This document shows, piece by piece, positions 12,011 through 24,949 of a stretch of 64,000 nt of DNA. The notes beneath the pieces were generated by a model. That model saw only the letters and a program-made list of their open reading frames with translations. It searched no databases and was not told the DNA's origin. Numbering within the stretch: the first letter of the stretch is position 1; every line of letters starts with the position of its first letter. Origin of the DNA: Rhina ancylostomus (lineage: Eukaryota); contig JARFYF010000063.1 of NCBI GenBank assembly GCA_030265395.1, positions 104,958,240 through 105,022,239 on the forward strand, read 5' to 3'. Position numbers and translations under genes: made by a program.

Positions 12011-15000
12011 ATGTAAAGTTGCACAATTTTAGTCTTGGCTCAAATTGAGCTTAAAATAATTCTCTGCTTCATTGGCCACTGTCTTTTAGTAAGTGGACTT
12101 CTTGTGTGATAGTGTGGGCAGGGAGGGTTTCTATTTGCATAATTGTATATTGCCTGTGGAGTTTCTTCTGTGTACAAACTGAAGTTAATTAGTTACATCC
12201 ACTTGTTTTTAATCACTTTCAATGCACAGTAGATGTATAATTTTAATTCACTATTTGGAATGTCTAGTTCTGCTATTCTGACATATTAAGAAATTGCTGA
12301 TGCCACTGAAATTAGATGTGCGTGTATATGTAATAAAGTGTGTTTCTATGACTGACAAGTAATATTTATGTGAACGGCATATGAAATATTAAACCTAGCA
12401 GATTCAGCAAATTATGTTTGCTAATTTTAGAATCATCAAATATTTTTGCATTTTTTCTGTATTCTGGAAATGAATAAGCATTCTCTTATGGTCTTCACTA
12501 TGCTGATTTTTTTCATTCCTAAAATTCTGCCTTGTTCTCTTGCCCATCCACTTGGTGTTCCTTATCATTCTCTCCTGCTGACCCTCTACTTCCCGCACAT
12601 CCATCCCAGCACCTGGCTCTTTTTGAGCCCATCTTCCCTATGACCTTCCTTGGTTTGCATGCCCTCGCTCAGCCACTCCCTCTCTTACGATTGCTTGCAT
12701 GCACTCACTAGCATTCACATTTAGAGCTTTACTATACAAAAGCAGAATTTAATTTATAGCAGGGTGCTTTAGATATTGGCACCTGTGCATGATTTGTTGA
12801 TCATTTCTGTCCTTTGTGTGTATGACTTGGTAATTTGCAGTGATACATAGTTATGAGCATATAAATTGTGTTTTTTTTGGTGTTTGTTTGTTGCAATGAA
12901 TATAGTTTTATTTCTAGTGTAACAAACTGCCATTGCTTTCAATGGCTGTGTCTTTGAACACAACAGTTCAGCAGAAGCTTTTGTTGGGTTGGATGGGTGC
13001 TATCTTTCCTTCAGGAGAGTTGAAGGCTCTTCTGCCATACTTTGATACTTGCTGCATTTTTTTCCCCTGCCTCAAAATTTGAAAAGCTTGTTTGGAATGC
13101 TGTGATCTTTGATTCTCCCGTGCAATATTAACATAGAAACATTCTTTGAATTGTATGTTTGGGATTTGTGTCTTTGGATAACAGGTGCCTTTTATCATTT
13201 ACTCCATTTATTGTTTGAGAAGAAGTGTCAAGCCTTTGTGATTAGATTTTTGCCTCCCTCAGTTGCTGTAGTGAAAATGATTATCCTTTCTAATGCAGTA
13301 TCACAATGCCATCTTCAACTCTGATCCACCTGTAGTTTTGTAAAAGTTGTTCTCAAGTGAGTGGATGATCTCACTGTGAGAATGGAATTCCACAGTGGCA
13401 GTCACAAATTTAAAAAAAATCTTTCACTTCCTTTCAATGATCTATTGGTTATTTTGGTTGTTACTTCTGCTGTTCCCCAAAAGAAGCAGCTATTCAACAA
13501 AAATGAACACTGGCAGGAGAGCTCGGCCAGCAGAAGCTTCTCCCTTGCTTTGACCTACCCCTAGGCCTTCATAATTAATTGTCCTTCAGAGATGGGGAGA
13601 TGTTCAAAGACTGAATGTGATGATGTCTATTGTATGACATTCAGTTCCCCTTACCCACAGCTCTGTCAGCTTAGTTCTTTCTCCATTCGGAAGAGGATTA
13701 TCAATTGGAGCAAAGACTAGGCTCTTCAAACAGCTGCTGGGGGTCACAGCCTACGGTGAAGCATGTATTCCCACTAACAATAACGTTAAAATGCAGAAGC
13801 CAATAGATCAAAAGCAAAGGTGTGAGGGATTTCAGTGAGCAAGCTGAGTAAAAAGGAAACCTACACTGACAAATCACAAATTATTCTGTGAATAACCTTT
13901 TGAGTTTTTATGCCTACTTGTAATAGACCTTTCAAATTCTACATGTCATAGATTATTGCTTTCTAAATGTCACACAAATAATCAATCAAAGTGAACTTCA
14001 TAAGGTATTTTTCAATATTCTTTCAAATGTTTTGCGTTAAGGTTACCAGAATTACTTGGAGCTGCAGTTATACTGCAGCTACTAACCTAAGACGGCTAAT
14101 GGTCTGCTGCAGTGGGTGCCTCAAAGGACCTTTTGTTGCATTGTACCAAATTCTTTCTAACCAGAATCTGAATGTAGTAATAACAGTTGTCTGGAATCAG
14201 CATACTCTGCTTTTTTTCTTGGCACTAGTGGTTAATTTTGAGATACTGTAGCAGGATGAAATGATTTGGCTCCCTCGCCTGCCCGTTCCCTCGCCCCCAC
14301 CCTTTCTCTCTTGCTACCAGAATTTTCGTAATAATTGGATTAATAACAGAAGGGTGAAAAGAACTGCAAAACTATAGGGAAAGAGCAGGTGGATTTGACT
14401 ACTTGGATAGCCATATTATAAGGTCTGGAAGAGAGATGATGGGCAAAATCTCCCCTGTGAATCAACTGCCAAGAAGTTATCAAAATGAAAAACTGGATAA
14501 ACAATCATTCTATTAGTATTGCATGATATATTTTGAAATTGATTAATGCTTAAAAAAGCTTCTCAATGTAGTGTCCATCATTTTGTATTCCAAGGTGACA
14601 GACGTTTTGACCCCACTCAAGAACTGTCTTTGGCACGTTCAAAGTGTACATTTTTCAAATTGTAATGGATTGTAGAAATATATCTGTATCCTTGTGAAAC
14701 ATTTTTCTATGGTCAGATTCAATATAGAGCTGTTATTGCCCTTCTCCAACCTCATACTAGCAACATTCTATGCAAACAAACTTTGTGGGCCAGCATGGGA
14801 TGCCTTGAAAATGTGGTAGTATGCTGGATGGGAGTTGAATTGTGGCTAATGTAAGGTTTGAGAAGTCTGAAGTGGTTCCTTGGAGATCCTCACAGTGCTT
14901 GCTTTAGTGTGGCTTGGCATTATGTTTGGACTTACTCTCTTAGTTGTATTCCCATTTTTCACAATGTTGCATATACAAAATCAAGATGTACCAACACAAA

Positions 15001-18000
15001 AGCCAGGCTGAAACCACTGTTTTGGGAATATCCAGTGTTTTATTTTTTAAAAATTTACTTCAATATATTGAACGTCCAGAAGGAACATGGGTTAATAGTT
15101 TTCTATCAAAATAATGTGCTACTTAATCACTTTTTGAGGGAGTATGGATGGAAAAAAGTCACAATGATATGGATGGTAATGGGAGTTCTGATAGCTTAAC
15201 TGTAAAATCAAGGCCTGTTAGTCACTGGAGCCTCAAATAACGTCAAGCCCCCAAAGTGTAATATGGCAATACATTGTACATAAAACATTACTTCAATCAT
15301 TTGTTTTAATAAAAATTGGAGAGTGTTTAGTAATGAACAATAATTCACTTTTGGAATAATGCCTATATTAAGAACAAGATCCAAGTAAATGATATTTGAA
15401 AATTTCCACCCATCATACTGCAGTTAGTATTGTACAATTCTGTTGGGAATCCATGTTTTTACTGAAACTTTATTCTTCTCTCTTAATAGAAGAAGCCACA
15501 GCTGGTAAATGCAATATTTCATTTGGGTCAATAAAAAAAACACTTGTTGTGTTACATTTCCTGAGGCACTCTAAATGGAATTGAGGCAAAGTTATCAATC
15601 AAATGATACACTTTTCACTTTGTATTTCCTTCATATATTCATAGATACACTATAAAATGTGTGTATTTTATATGATAGTGCATATACATGAAACTTTGTG
15701 AAAATAGAAGTAGCTGCTGTCGATTTGGTAATGCAAAAAAAAGGCTCATGAAAAATTGAAACTATTCTTATGAATCTTTAATTAGAAGCAATGAAAAGGG
15801 AACTACTGGAGCCAAATGCTTTGTTACAATCTCTCCTCATTGGTTACTTGCTATTATTCTTCCACCTTCACAAGCAGACAATCACTTAAAGCTGACAAAA
15901 GTCACTTGAAGCTCAGACAGCTGTAGTGACACAAACACCTCTGCTGCACAGAAAGCCTGTTGGCAAGTAATTAGTGCTACTTAAAAGGAGTTCCTTTTCA
16001 GTTTTTATTTGTGTTTTATCCACTGCTTAACTCCTGAATGTGAACCTTAGTCTTAGTTTCTCTTGTACAAAAGTATCTTTGATTCAGCCTCTCTGCTTGA
16101 CTCTGTCTCACTAGAGATACCAATCTTGCAATATGTATTCAGAACCTCTGAAGGATTCGCTTTCATTTTTTTTGTTTCCCATGTCACCTTGTATGCAGTC
16201 TGGTCTGTGACACTGATGGTGATTATGTCATTATTTTGCTCTAGGGGGCTTTGACACATCTGCAAAGCTGCTGCACATCTTCTTCCAGCACTGGCATACG
16301 GCCCACATCCCCAATGCTTCATTAGTCATCGCTGCCTGGCCCTCGCCAGACAAAGCGCCCAGCTCTGAGCTGCCTCCCCACTGCATTGTCCATGCTGTGC
16401 CCCTTGTCAGTGTCTGTGATTGGTTTATTCATGTACCTCCTTTTCTTGTTCTCGCTCCATGCTCCAGATGTCCTGATTTCTGCCTGTATAAGCAGAATGT
16501 TACACAATAAAAACAAGGTGACTCTTTAACCCATTGATTTCACTCTGACCAAATGTGACCTTGGTGTTTTCAGAATGAGGATTAAAAAATGTTCCAAATT
16601 TTAACGACTGCTGGTGTTATGCACAGTTCTTTTGCATTATGGTGTTGAATATGACATAATAACCTGTTCAGTATTTTAGATGGAAAAATTGTGTGTATGT
16701 GTCTGCGTGTTTGTGTGTGCACATGCATTAGCCAAAGCAACTCCATGATTTTTTTCGTAGAAGTGTTGTTCTCACAATGAGAAACCACAGAGGCAAGGAT
16801 AGACAATATTAAAGTAAGTGGGGCATTATGCTGATGGTGGGGATTGTTTTCGGAGGGGTGTGGCTATGTGGGGGTTGCGAATAGTCACAACTGGTGTGAT
16901 GTGTGTGTGCATTTGTGCTTGGTGGGGGGTTGGGGGGAGGTGGGAACGGTGCCTGCCTGCTGCCAAACATTTGACCATGTGACACTTGTCAGTACATTAA
17001 TGGCTTTGAATTCTTGAGTAAAACGGGGTCTTGTGATATTAAAATATGTCTCTCTGTCCCTTCCACCACACGCATGCATACATAAAGCATCATTCAAGTA
17101 AAGAAAATGTTGCTGTTATGTGCCTTTTTAAAAAGTTCAGTTTCCATTATTTACTTTATAATTTTAAACATACCAACACCAACTGCATTTATACTAATAT
17201 TTGGCAAATGTTGGATTTAAAAGAAGAATACAAAATATACACACATGCAATTACCAAATGTTTTTTGTTTAGTGCTCAATTTAATACGGCCATACAAGTG
17301 GCAAGTGCATCAAATTTTAAGCAGGGTCTAACTGGAGTTACAATAAATAAACCTGGCTCAGCAGTGGATGTCTAGCATTTTCCTTTTGGGTTGATTTCCA
17401 GACTCTTGTTAAAATATTGCATTTCATAAGATACCCAAACACGCAATGACCAGAACAGATGTGATTCACACTTAATTCCTTGTCAAGGTTTGATTCCAAC
17501 AGGTCACTTATGACAGTAATCTCAAAGTAATTTGACCTTGTAAAAAAAAGTCTGACAACCCTATGATGCTTTAAAGGCTGACAGAAATTCAGGGTGGGAA
17601 ATTTTTTAAAAATATAAGTACATGAATATACTTTATATTTCAGTTGTCCTGAGCAAAGTATATATTAGATTCTGGTGCACAGCAAAAATAGAATCAGAAA
17701 TTTAATTTGAGCTATGGTTAATGATTCCAGCATTGAAGAGAAGGAGTTTTTTGAATTAACTGGAGCTTTTAAAATTTTGTGAAAACCTTCATTATTTATC
17801 CTACTAACTGAAGGGAGGCTCACTGTGCACTGTAAACATTTACTTTTGTTTTTTTATTATTATGAGGGAAAGCGTATGAAGTTGAGTACTGAAGTAACGT
17901 TTTCTTTGTATCTAAAAATCAGATCTATGTAATTCATCAAATTTGGATGTGCTGAGACATTATTGAAATACTACTTAATAAATGTTCATCAAACTTCCCT

Positions 18001-20626
18001 TTAGAAAATGAATATAAGTAATATTTCAGGGTTAGTCTTATGCTGATAGCTTAATTGATCAATATATCTGAGATTACTTTAGTGATGTAAATTATTACTG
18101 CTTCGTAGCAAAAGTATTTACTTTCCTCAGGAGATTTCATAAAATGGAGGACCTCGTATTGTTGCCTTTATTATAATTGTGGAAAAATTATTCATTGGTC
18201 TGCATTGTTTAAAAAAAATACTCTCCAAATTGAAATCATCAAAAATGCCTGATTTCCTGTTTTGTTTAAAAAAATACTGTGTCAACGATCCATTTCAGTT
18301 CCTTGAGATTCAATGCTGCCAAAAAAAATCTACTTGCTTTTTTACCTTTTAGTGAGCAGATCTTTTATCATAAAGGCCTTTATAATGCCATTTAAATAAA
18401 ATACATATCTGGAGGATTTATAAAAAATATAATATTTTAAAATCATGGTGCATAATGGTCTAGATATGTTTTGTAATGGGAATCACATAATAACTTGCCA
18501 GATTTGCACTTGAGCTTTTTTCCTGAAAGCAAGTTTTTCATTTTAAGTGGAGCAGACTGATCTAAAGATTGAATGAAAATTCCGCAGAAGTAACTGACTC
18601 AGAACCTAAACAAAAGAAACAATGGAATTCTTCTGTGGATTAAAAAAAAGAGACTATTTAACTAAAACTGCCTTTTCAGTTACAGGATGTTTGTGCAATT
18701 TTTTTTAAATAGACCATATTTAATATTTCTAGGAATATCAGCTATCTGATAGGTATTGAATGGAAGTCTCAGCTCACTAATGGTATCATTTGGGAATTGG
18801 GACTGTTCAAAAGGGATGATACTTGAGTTCATTAATGAACTAGATTAATTGTTAAGTTTTAAATTGCCTCATTAGATAAAGTTAAATCTATGGGATGTAA
18901 ATAATATGTATTTTTAACTACATTGGCACCTTGCGTATTGATGATCTTGAAAATCTAGAGGGAACAGATGACAGAAAATTCTACCTAAAAAGAATCTCCC
19001 CTTCTCTGTATTGTAAGAAATCAGTTGAGAACCAGATGACTTTACTGTCAATTGTTGCATATATCTCTTTTCATAATATAATTTTCATCAAACCCCCATG
19101 GGATTTCCACTCCTGAAAAATACCCACATAATTGCACATCAACAGTTCCAGAGGCACCAATGCTATTAAGCAGATTATGCAATTAAGAAATCCCACTTGA
19201 TGATTTTTTTAGTAGAAACATTTCAAGCAAGTTGTTTTGAAGCTTAGCTAACTTTAATAATCTTTTGGCATTATTCTTTTATTGTCTACTATCCCATCTG
19301 TATCAGTAAGTATTTTACTTTGTGATGATCAGACCAAGAAACAGAGCTGTAATTAATAGATGTGTCTCCATGTAAAAGCCAAAAATTCCAGGCAATAAAT
19401 GTTATATGATGTATTGAGTCTCAGTATGCAGGAATTGCTGTGGAAATCAAAGTTTCTTCTAGCAATTCGTACCAGTACAGTAGAGTAATAGTATGTACCA
19501 TGTTTAGGGAAAATCTGTTTGGCAGAGTGCCAAGTGGTTTCATATTGGCAAGTTAATCTTTGTTAGCTACTTTTCAACGTCCTTTTACATTGCAGTGGTA
19601 GAATTGCATCTGTGCAACAGGAAGGAAATGGCTTCCCTTGGCACAGGAAGTTTAAAGGAGCTATTTCCTCTTTGGTTCCCAAGTAATTGCAGTAAGGCTG
19701 CTGGGAACTCCCAGCTTCACTAAGTGCTGTCACACCACATTTAATAGAGCAGTGCAGAGATGAATGTGTTTAACTACCTAAAAGTACAAACAAAAATTTG
19801 CAGCAATTGGCATATTAATACTGTGTATTATCATCTGTGTGTAGACAATCCAAATGTATTCCTGTACTAATTGCAAATAAATGGTTTACATGGCACAAAT
19901 TTGTACTCATGCCACTCTCCCCATGATGAATAGTAAAGTCAAATCTGAAGATGCCTGTGTTATTAATTACTTAGAGATTTCTGTTTTCTTTTTCTCCCCA
20001 TCCATAATACAAATTCAATTTGTGGCTTTGCATTCACAGACTAAGCAATGCCACACTCTATTGTCTTGCCTATTCACTTAATCTGATAGAATACTTAGGC
20101 CAAATTGAAGAAAGTGTTCCCCAGCAAAGCAAGTGTGAAATTGGGTTCTGCTAGAGGTGTGTTTTTTTTTAATTGATTAAAATGGAAATTGATTCTTGCA
20201 GGCATGCTTGTACCACAGATTGCACCAGACAACATAATTATGAAGATACTAGCACACCTACACCACCTAGGCATATGCAGATTGAGCTGTCAGTCAGCAT
20301 CTAGTGCTGATTTGTCATCATTTTGGAGCTCAGTGTTTCAAATACTTTCTTTCTTAACCTTGTATAATTTGTGTCAAGCAACAGGAAACATCCTCCCTAG
20401 TGCTGTTTAAAGGGATCATCAACTACTTACAGTTTAGTTGCTGATTGTTTTTTTTTGTCTTGCCATTGGCTGCTAGTATAATTTCACAAGAATTCCACAG
20501 TTTGACAATGACTGGCTTGCACTAGATTCAAGTTGAAAAGGTTTACAGGAANNNNNNNNNNNNNNNNNNNNNNNNNNNNNNNNNNNNNNNNNNNNNNNNN
20601 NNNNNNNNNNNNNNNNNNNNNNNNNC

Positions 20627-21290
20627 TGGAGAATGAAGTGCAAGCTGGGGAAATGTCCTGCTTTTACACTTTGCAAGCAATAGTTGCATAAGCTTGAACA
20701 CTGCAGCACTCAATTTAAAGAGATAATTACATCTCATTCTTCTTAATAGCCACCAGCAGCCAGAAAGAGTACTCAGGGTTGTTAGGATTGAAGGAATCCC
20801 CATGATGCAGTATGGTATTTGACCACAAGCACAATATACCATCAACATAGCATCTCACCCTGCCATTTACTAAAATGGAAAGGGATTCCACTGCCCCATT
20901 TGGTGTGCAATCAAAGGCATTGAATCATGCACATCATATTTGGTATCCTAACAATTTATTACTGCCATACATTGAGCCACCATGCTACTGTAGCTATTGA
21001 ATGATGAGGATTATCAGCTTTTACTATGCATGTGCATCTGGGCTATATCAAAGTCATGCTGCCACATGAATAAGCATAGATCAACACTTGAATCACTGTG
21101 GTGGAGTCCTGAAGTAACTATGGTTGTTAAGATATGCAGTGGCCTACCGCATGCACAACCTCTGTATTCTGAAGAAGCAGCAGCAGCACTTGGAAGCAGC
21201 CGAGGAGAAGATCCAGGAGGTGGAAGAAGGAAGAAGCAACCTAAGCACCCTTCTGCCAAGGTTGCCATGGAGAAATAATTGGCATGTAAT
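20627..21290 (+). pseudogene. Fossil PIF/Harbinger (HARBI1-like) DDE transposase
   Basis: Colinear motifs with frameshifts and stops: CISLNTAAL..NYISF (~20685), RIEGIPMMQ (20784; cf. RIAGFPMVQGAID), NGKGFHC (20874; NRKGFHS), LVCNQRH*IMHI, LNDEDYQL (20997; LGDKGYPL), YQSHAAT*ISIDQ (21046; YN.SHAATR..IE), RMHNLCI followed by an acidic tail. Confidence 0.8.
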
Positions 21291-21934
21291 ACCAGAAAAT
21301 ACAAGTGCCAGAATGGTCCCACACTTTACCTTCCCTCTAAGACTGAAAATTACAGTGTTTGTTTGGCCATAATGCAAAGTGAAATATCATCTAACTGATT
21401 GTCAAAGTTCTGTGCAGAAGTCTCATACTAAATTGGAGCTGGCCACATCTGTGCTCCTTGACATCACAATCAGCTTTTGCTGTACACCATTTCTTTGAAA
21501 TCCTCATCTGGGTGGTCTTGCTGCAATCATGCCCATCCTTCAAAATAACTCCATTATTTTTCCACAGCCCCTACCTGCCACTCACTCTTCAGTCCTTCTC
21601 GATGTGCAGCTTTTGCTCTCTTATCCTCAAAATTGCACTTAATGTAGAATCTAAGCCGAGGATTGCAAGTGAGAAATCTTCCATCATCTCTTTTCCCCAT
21701 TTCTCCACGGCTTGGCCAGGTGTGACTTCTTTGAAAGAAGCCCTCGTCTCAGGATCTCTGATTTGCAAACCCAAGCTGAGCCACAAGTCTTACTGGAAAA
21801 ATTCCATTCATGTTTTTTATTATTAAGAATCCATCCTTCATAATTTCTTCAATTCAATAGAGAGTCTACTCTGAAGTTTACAAGAAATTGATAAGATTAT
21901 GGAAAAATAGTGTTGGCCAGACTTGAAAATAAAA

Positions 21935-22100
21935 AAAACTAGAGAGCTGGAAGTCTGAAATAAAACAGAAAATGCTGGAAAAACACAGCATCTGTGGAAG
22001 GTAAAACAGGATCAATGTTTCAGGTCTCGGAATTGGGAAAAAGTGAAAACAAATTAGTTTTCAGATGCAGCAGGGATGGGGGACACATACCAGTTCAGTA
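21935..22100 (+). repeat. Copy of the chondrichthyan 'aaatgctggaaa...gcatctgtgga' repeat
   Basis: gctggaagtctgaaataaaacagaaaatgctggaaaaacacagcatctgtggaagg...atgtttcaggtc; it runs into an N gap. Confidence 0.7.
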
Positions 22101-22706
22101 AGGNNNNNNNNNNNNNNNNNNNNNNNNNNNNNNNNNNNNNNNNNNNNNNNNNNNNNNNNNNNNNNNNNNNNNNNNNNNNNNNNNNNNNNNNNNNNNNNNN
22201 NNNNNNNNNNNNNNNNNNNNNNNNNNNNNNNNNNNNNNNNNNNNNNNNNNNNNNNNNNNNNNNNNNNNNNNNNNNNNNNNNNNNNNNNNNNNNNNNNNNN
22301 NNNNNNNNNNNNNNNNNNNNNNNNNNNNNNNNNNNNNNNNNNNNNNNNNNNNNNNNNNNNNNNNNNNNNNNNNNNNNNNNNNNNNNNNNNNNNNNNNNNN
22401 NNNNNNNNNNNNNNNNNNNNNNNNNNNNNNNNNNNNNNNNNNNNNNNNNNNNNNNNNNNNNNNNNNNNNNNNNNNNNNNNNNNNNNNNNNNNNNNNNNNN
22501 NNNNNNNNNNNNNNNNNNNNNNNNNNNNNNNNNNNNNNNNNNNNNNNNNNNNNNNNNNNNNNNNNNNNNNNNNNNNNNNNNNNNNNNNNNNNNNNNNNNN
22601 NNNNNNNNNNNNNNNNNNNNNNNNNNNNNNNNNNNNNNNNNNNNNNNNNNNNNNNNNNNNNNNNNNNNNNNNNNNNNNNNNNNNNNNNNNNNNNNNNNNN
22701 NNNNNN

Positions 22707-23003
22707 GTGCTTTTAAGGTTTGGGGGGGGGGGGGAAGCGTAGTTTAAAGGTAATGTGAGGGGCAAGTTTTTTACACAGAGTGGTAGATGCCTAGAATGGG
22801 TTATCAGAGGTAGTAGTGGAATCAGGCAGTTTGTTGGAGTTTGAGGCTTTCAGATAGACATGTGAGGCTTTTAGTTAGAATATGAAAGGAATGGAGGGAT
22901 ATGGATGATAAACAGGAGGAAGATATTTTGTATAAATCAGCAACAAGAGTAGCACAACATCACGGCTGAATGGCCTGTCCAGTGCTTGTATCGTTCTATG
23001 TTT
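22707..23003 (+). mobile_element. CR1 3' end
   Basis: tttaaaggtaatgtgaggggcaagttttttacacagagtggtagatgcctagaat (FFTQRVV.AWN-like), with tail ggctgaatggcctgtcc...ttctatgtt. Confidence 0.85.
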
Positions 23004-23204
23004 GATTGGTGAGCAATTTCCTTGTGTGCTCAATATGCAAGACATCATGCAGGTGTCTTGTGAAAAACTGTTTTCTCTGTAGTTATGTGCAGCTGTTCTG
23101 TATTATTTCTGAAGTCTTGTAAGAAACTCAAATTTTGAAGTGTGATTGCTCACCACACTGGAAGCTCTTACAATAGGAGTTCTAAATGGGTGGTACAGTA
23201 GTGC

Positions 23205-23505
23205 AGTATGGACAGCACAGTGGTATTTATAAATAGTGCAGCTGTCTCACAACTCCAGCAAGTTCAATTCTGACCACTGGTGTTGTCTGTTTGGAGCTTG
23301 CATGTTCTCTCTGTGACCATGTGAGTTTTGTCCCACATCCCAAAGACTTGCTGGTTGCTGGGTTCAATAGTTATTATAAATTAGCCCCAGTGTAGGTGGC
23401 CAATAGGAGAATAGGGGTAGAGTTTATGGGCATGTATGAGGAGAATAGGTAACGAGGAAATGGGATTGAGACCTCAGTATTCCTCTGAGGGATGGCATTG
23501 ACTTG
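23205..23505 (+). mobile_element. V-SINE-like tRNA-derived SINE
   Basis: cagcacagtggt head, B-box-like agttcaattc, V-domain tgtctgtttggagcttgcatgttctctctgtgacc...cccacatcccaaagac, and a CR1-like tail. Confidence 0.8.
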
Positions 23506-23594
23506 ACGGACCAAAAGGAGATCTGGCTTAATTAGCAGATTGGAGATGGGAGCAGGGACTGTACACACCAGACACAGACACACAGACAGTTAAT

Positions 23595-23985
23595 ATTCTC
23601 AAGTAGGCTACTCAGCCTTTCAAAAGTGCTTCGCTTAATAAAAATCATGGCTCACCTAATTGTAACCTCAACTCTGCATTCCTATCTTACTTGCAGTAAC
23701 CTTTCACCTCTTGCTTATCAAGCATCTTTCTACATCTGCATTAAAAATATTGAAAGACACTGCTTCCACCACTGATTGAAGAGGAGATTTCCAAAAACAA
23801 CTACTACTCTGAGAGGGGGAAAAAAAATTTACTTCATCTCTGTCTTACGTGGATGACCCCTTATTTTTAAACAGTTGTAGGTTCTCCCACAAGAGAAAAC
23901 ATTCTCTCCATATTAATTATGTCATGATCCCCAGGATCTGATGTTTTAATCAAGTCCCTCTCACTCTTCTTAAACTACTGCCTCT
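23595..23985 (-). mobile_element. CR1 3' fragment
   Basis: tactcagccttt...atcatggctcacct...gacccccttatttttaaacag...ttctcccacaagagaaaacatt antisense CR1 signature. Confidence 0.75.
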
Positions 23986-24949
23986 GTGTATGCCATCTGA
24001 CACACATGGAGGACCCCAATATAATTTGCTTGTGCATGCTATGCAATAGAATGTTTATCCCACCCCCTCCAACTGTGCAGCATTTTTTTCAGTTTTTTTC
24101 ACAAGATGGCCCGAACTGGGCTTTGGAGTCGGGCTCGGCTTTGACCTTGGGTCTTGTAGTGAAGTGATACCATTGACCTAAGGCTGGTGCTAAAAACTGG
24201 AGTCCAAGCAGTATGATATCTTTCAACATTGGTCAACTTTATTCAGTGAACTTAGTAAAAAAGAGAGGAGCTGAGAGAGATGGCACATTATTACTTTGGC
24301 AATGTTATCTTCATGAATTTTTTAAAAATTCATCTTTGAATATGATTTCATGCAGATTCATATAACCAGCCTAATCTTTAACCTGTACCAGGTCACACTT
24401 ATCAACTGTCAGCCATTTGAGATTGTATTCATTTGTCACTGACTTAACTTTGTCATTTAGCTCATCCACTTATATCTTGCCTATGCTGTTTCCATGATCA
24501 GATTAAATTCTGCCTTGCTTTCCTATTCTGCACATGTCAGCTCCATCCCCAACAGAAGGGAGGCTGTTTTGTTTATGTTGCGTGGGAATCGGACTAAAGA
24601 AAGCCTGCTGCTAAAGTAATAGCTCACTAGTTGCAGTAAGAGATTGACCTTGACTGGCTAGAATCTATTACATTATAAAGCTATCACTGAATTCATTTAG
24701 ATGACCTTTCATTACACTTACATGGCAGAAATTTGAGTAACTTTTACTGGAATATTTGCCTGCTAAGGATGGACATTTTGAGAAGGCTGTCATCATGATG
24801 CTTGGAGTCCATGTTGAGGAGAGATCAAAATGATATTCAGGATTGTGCCAAATAGAGTAAAGTAAATTATTTATTATTATGTGCTCAGCCATCAAATTAA
24901 GATTTCCTGTACTCGTGTTTCCAACTGTTTGCCCTTTAACTGCCAGGAC

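Noticed and set aside
22061-22765. Longest ORFs in the track (223-234 aa)
   Set aside because: They are almost entirely X from an N gap. The other X-containing ORFs are artefacts for the same reason.
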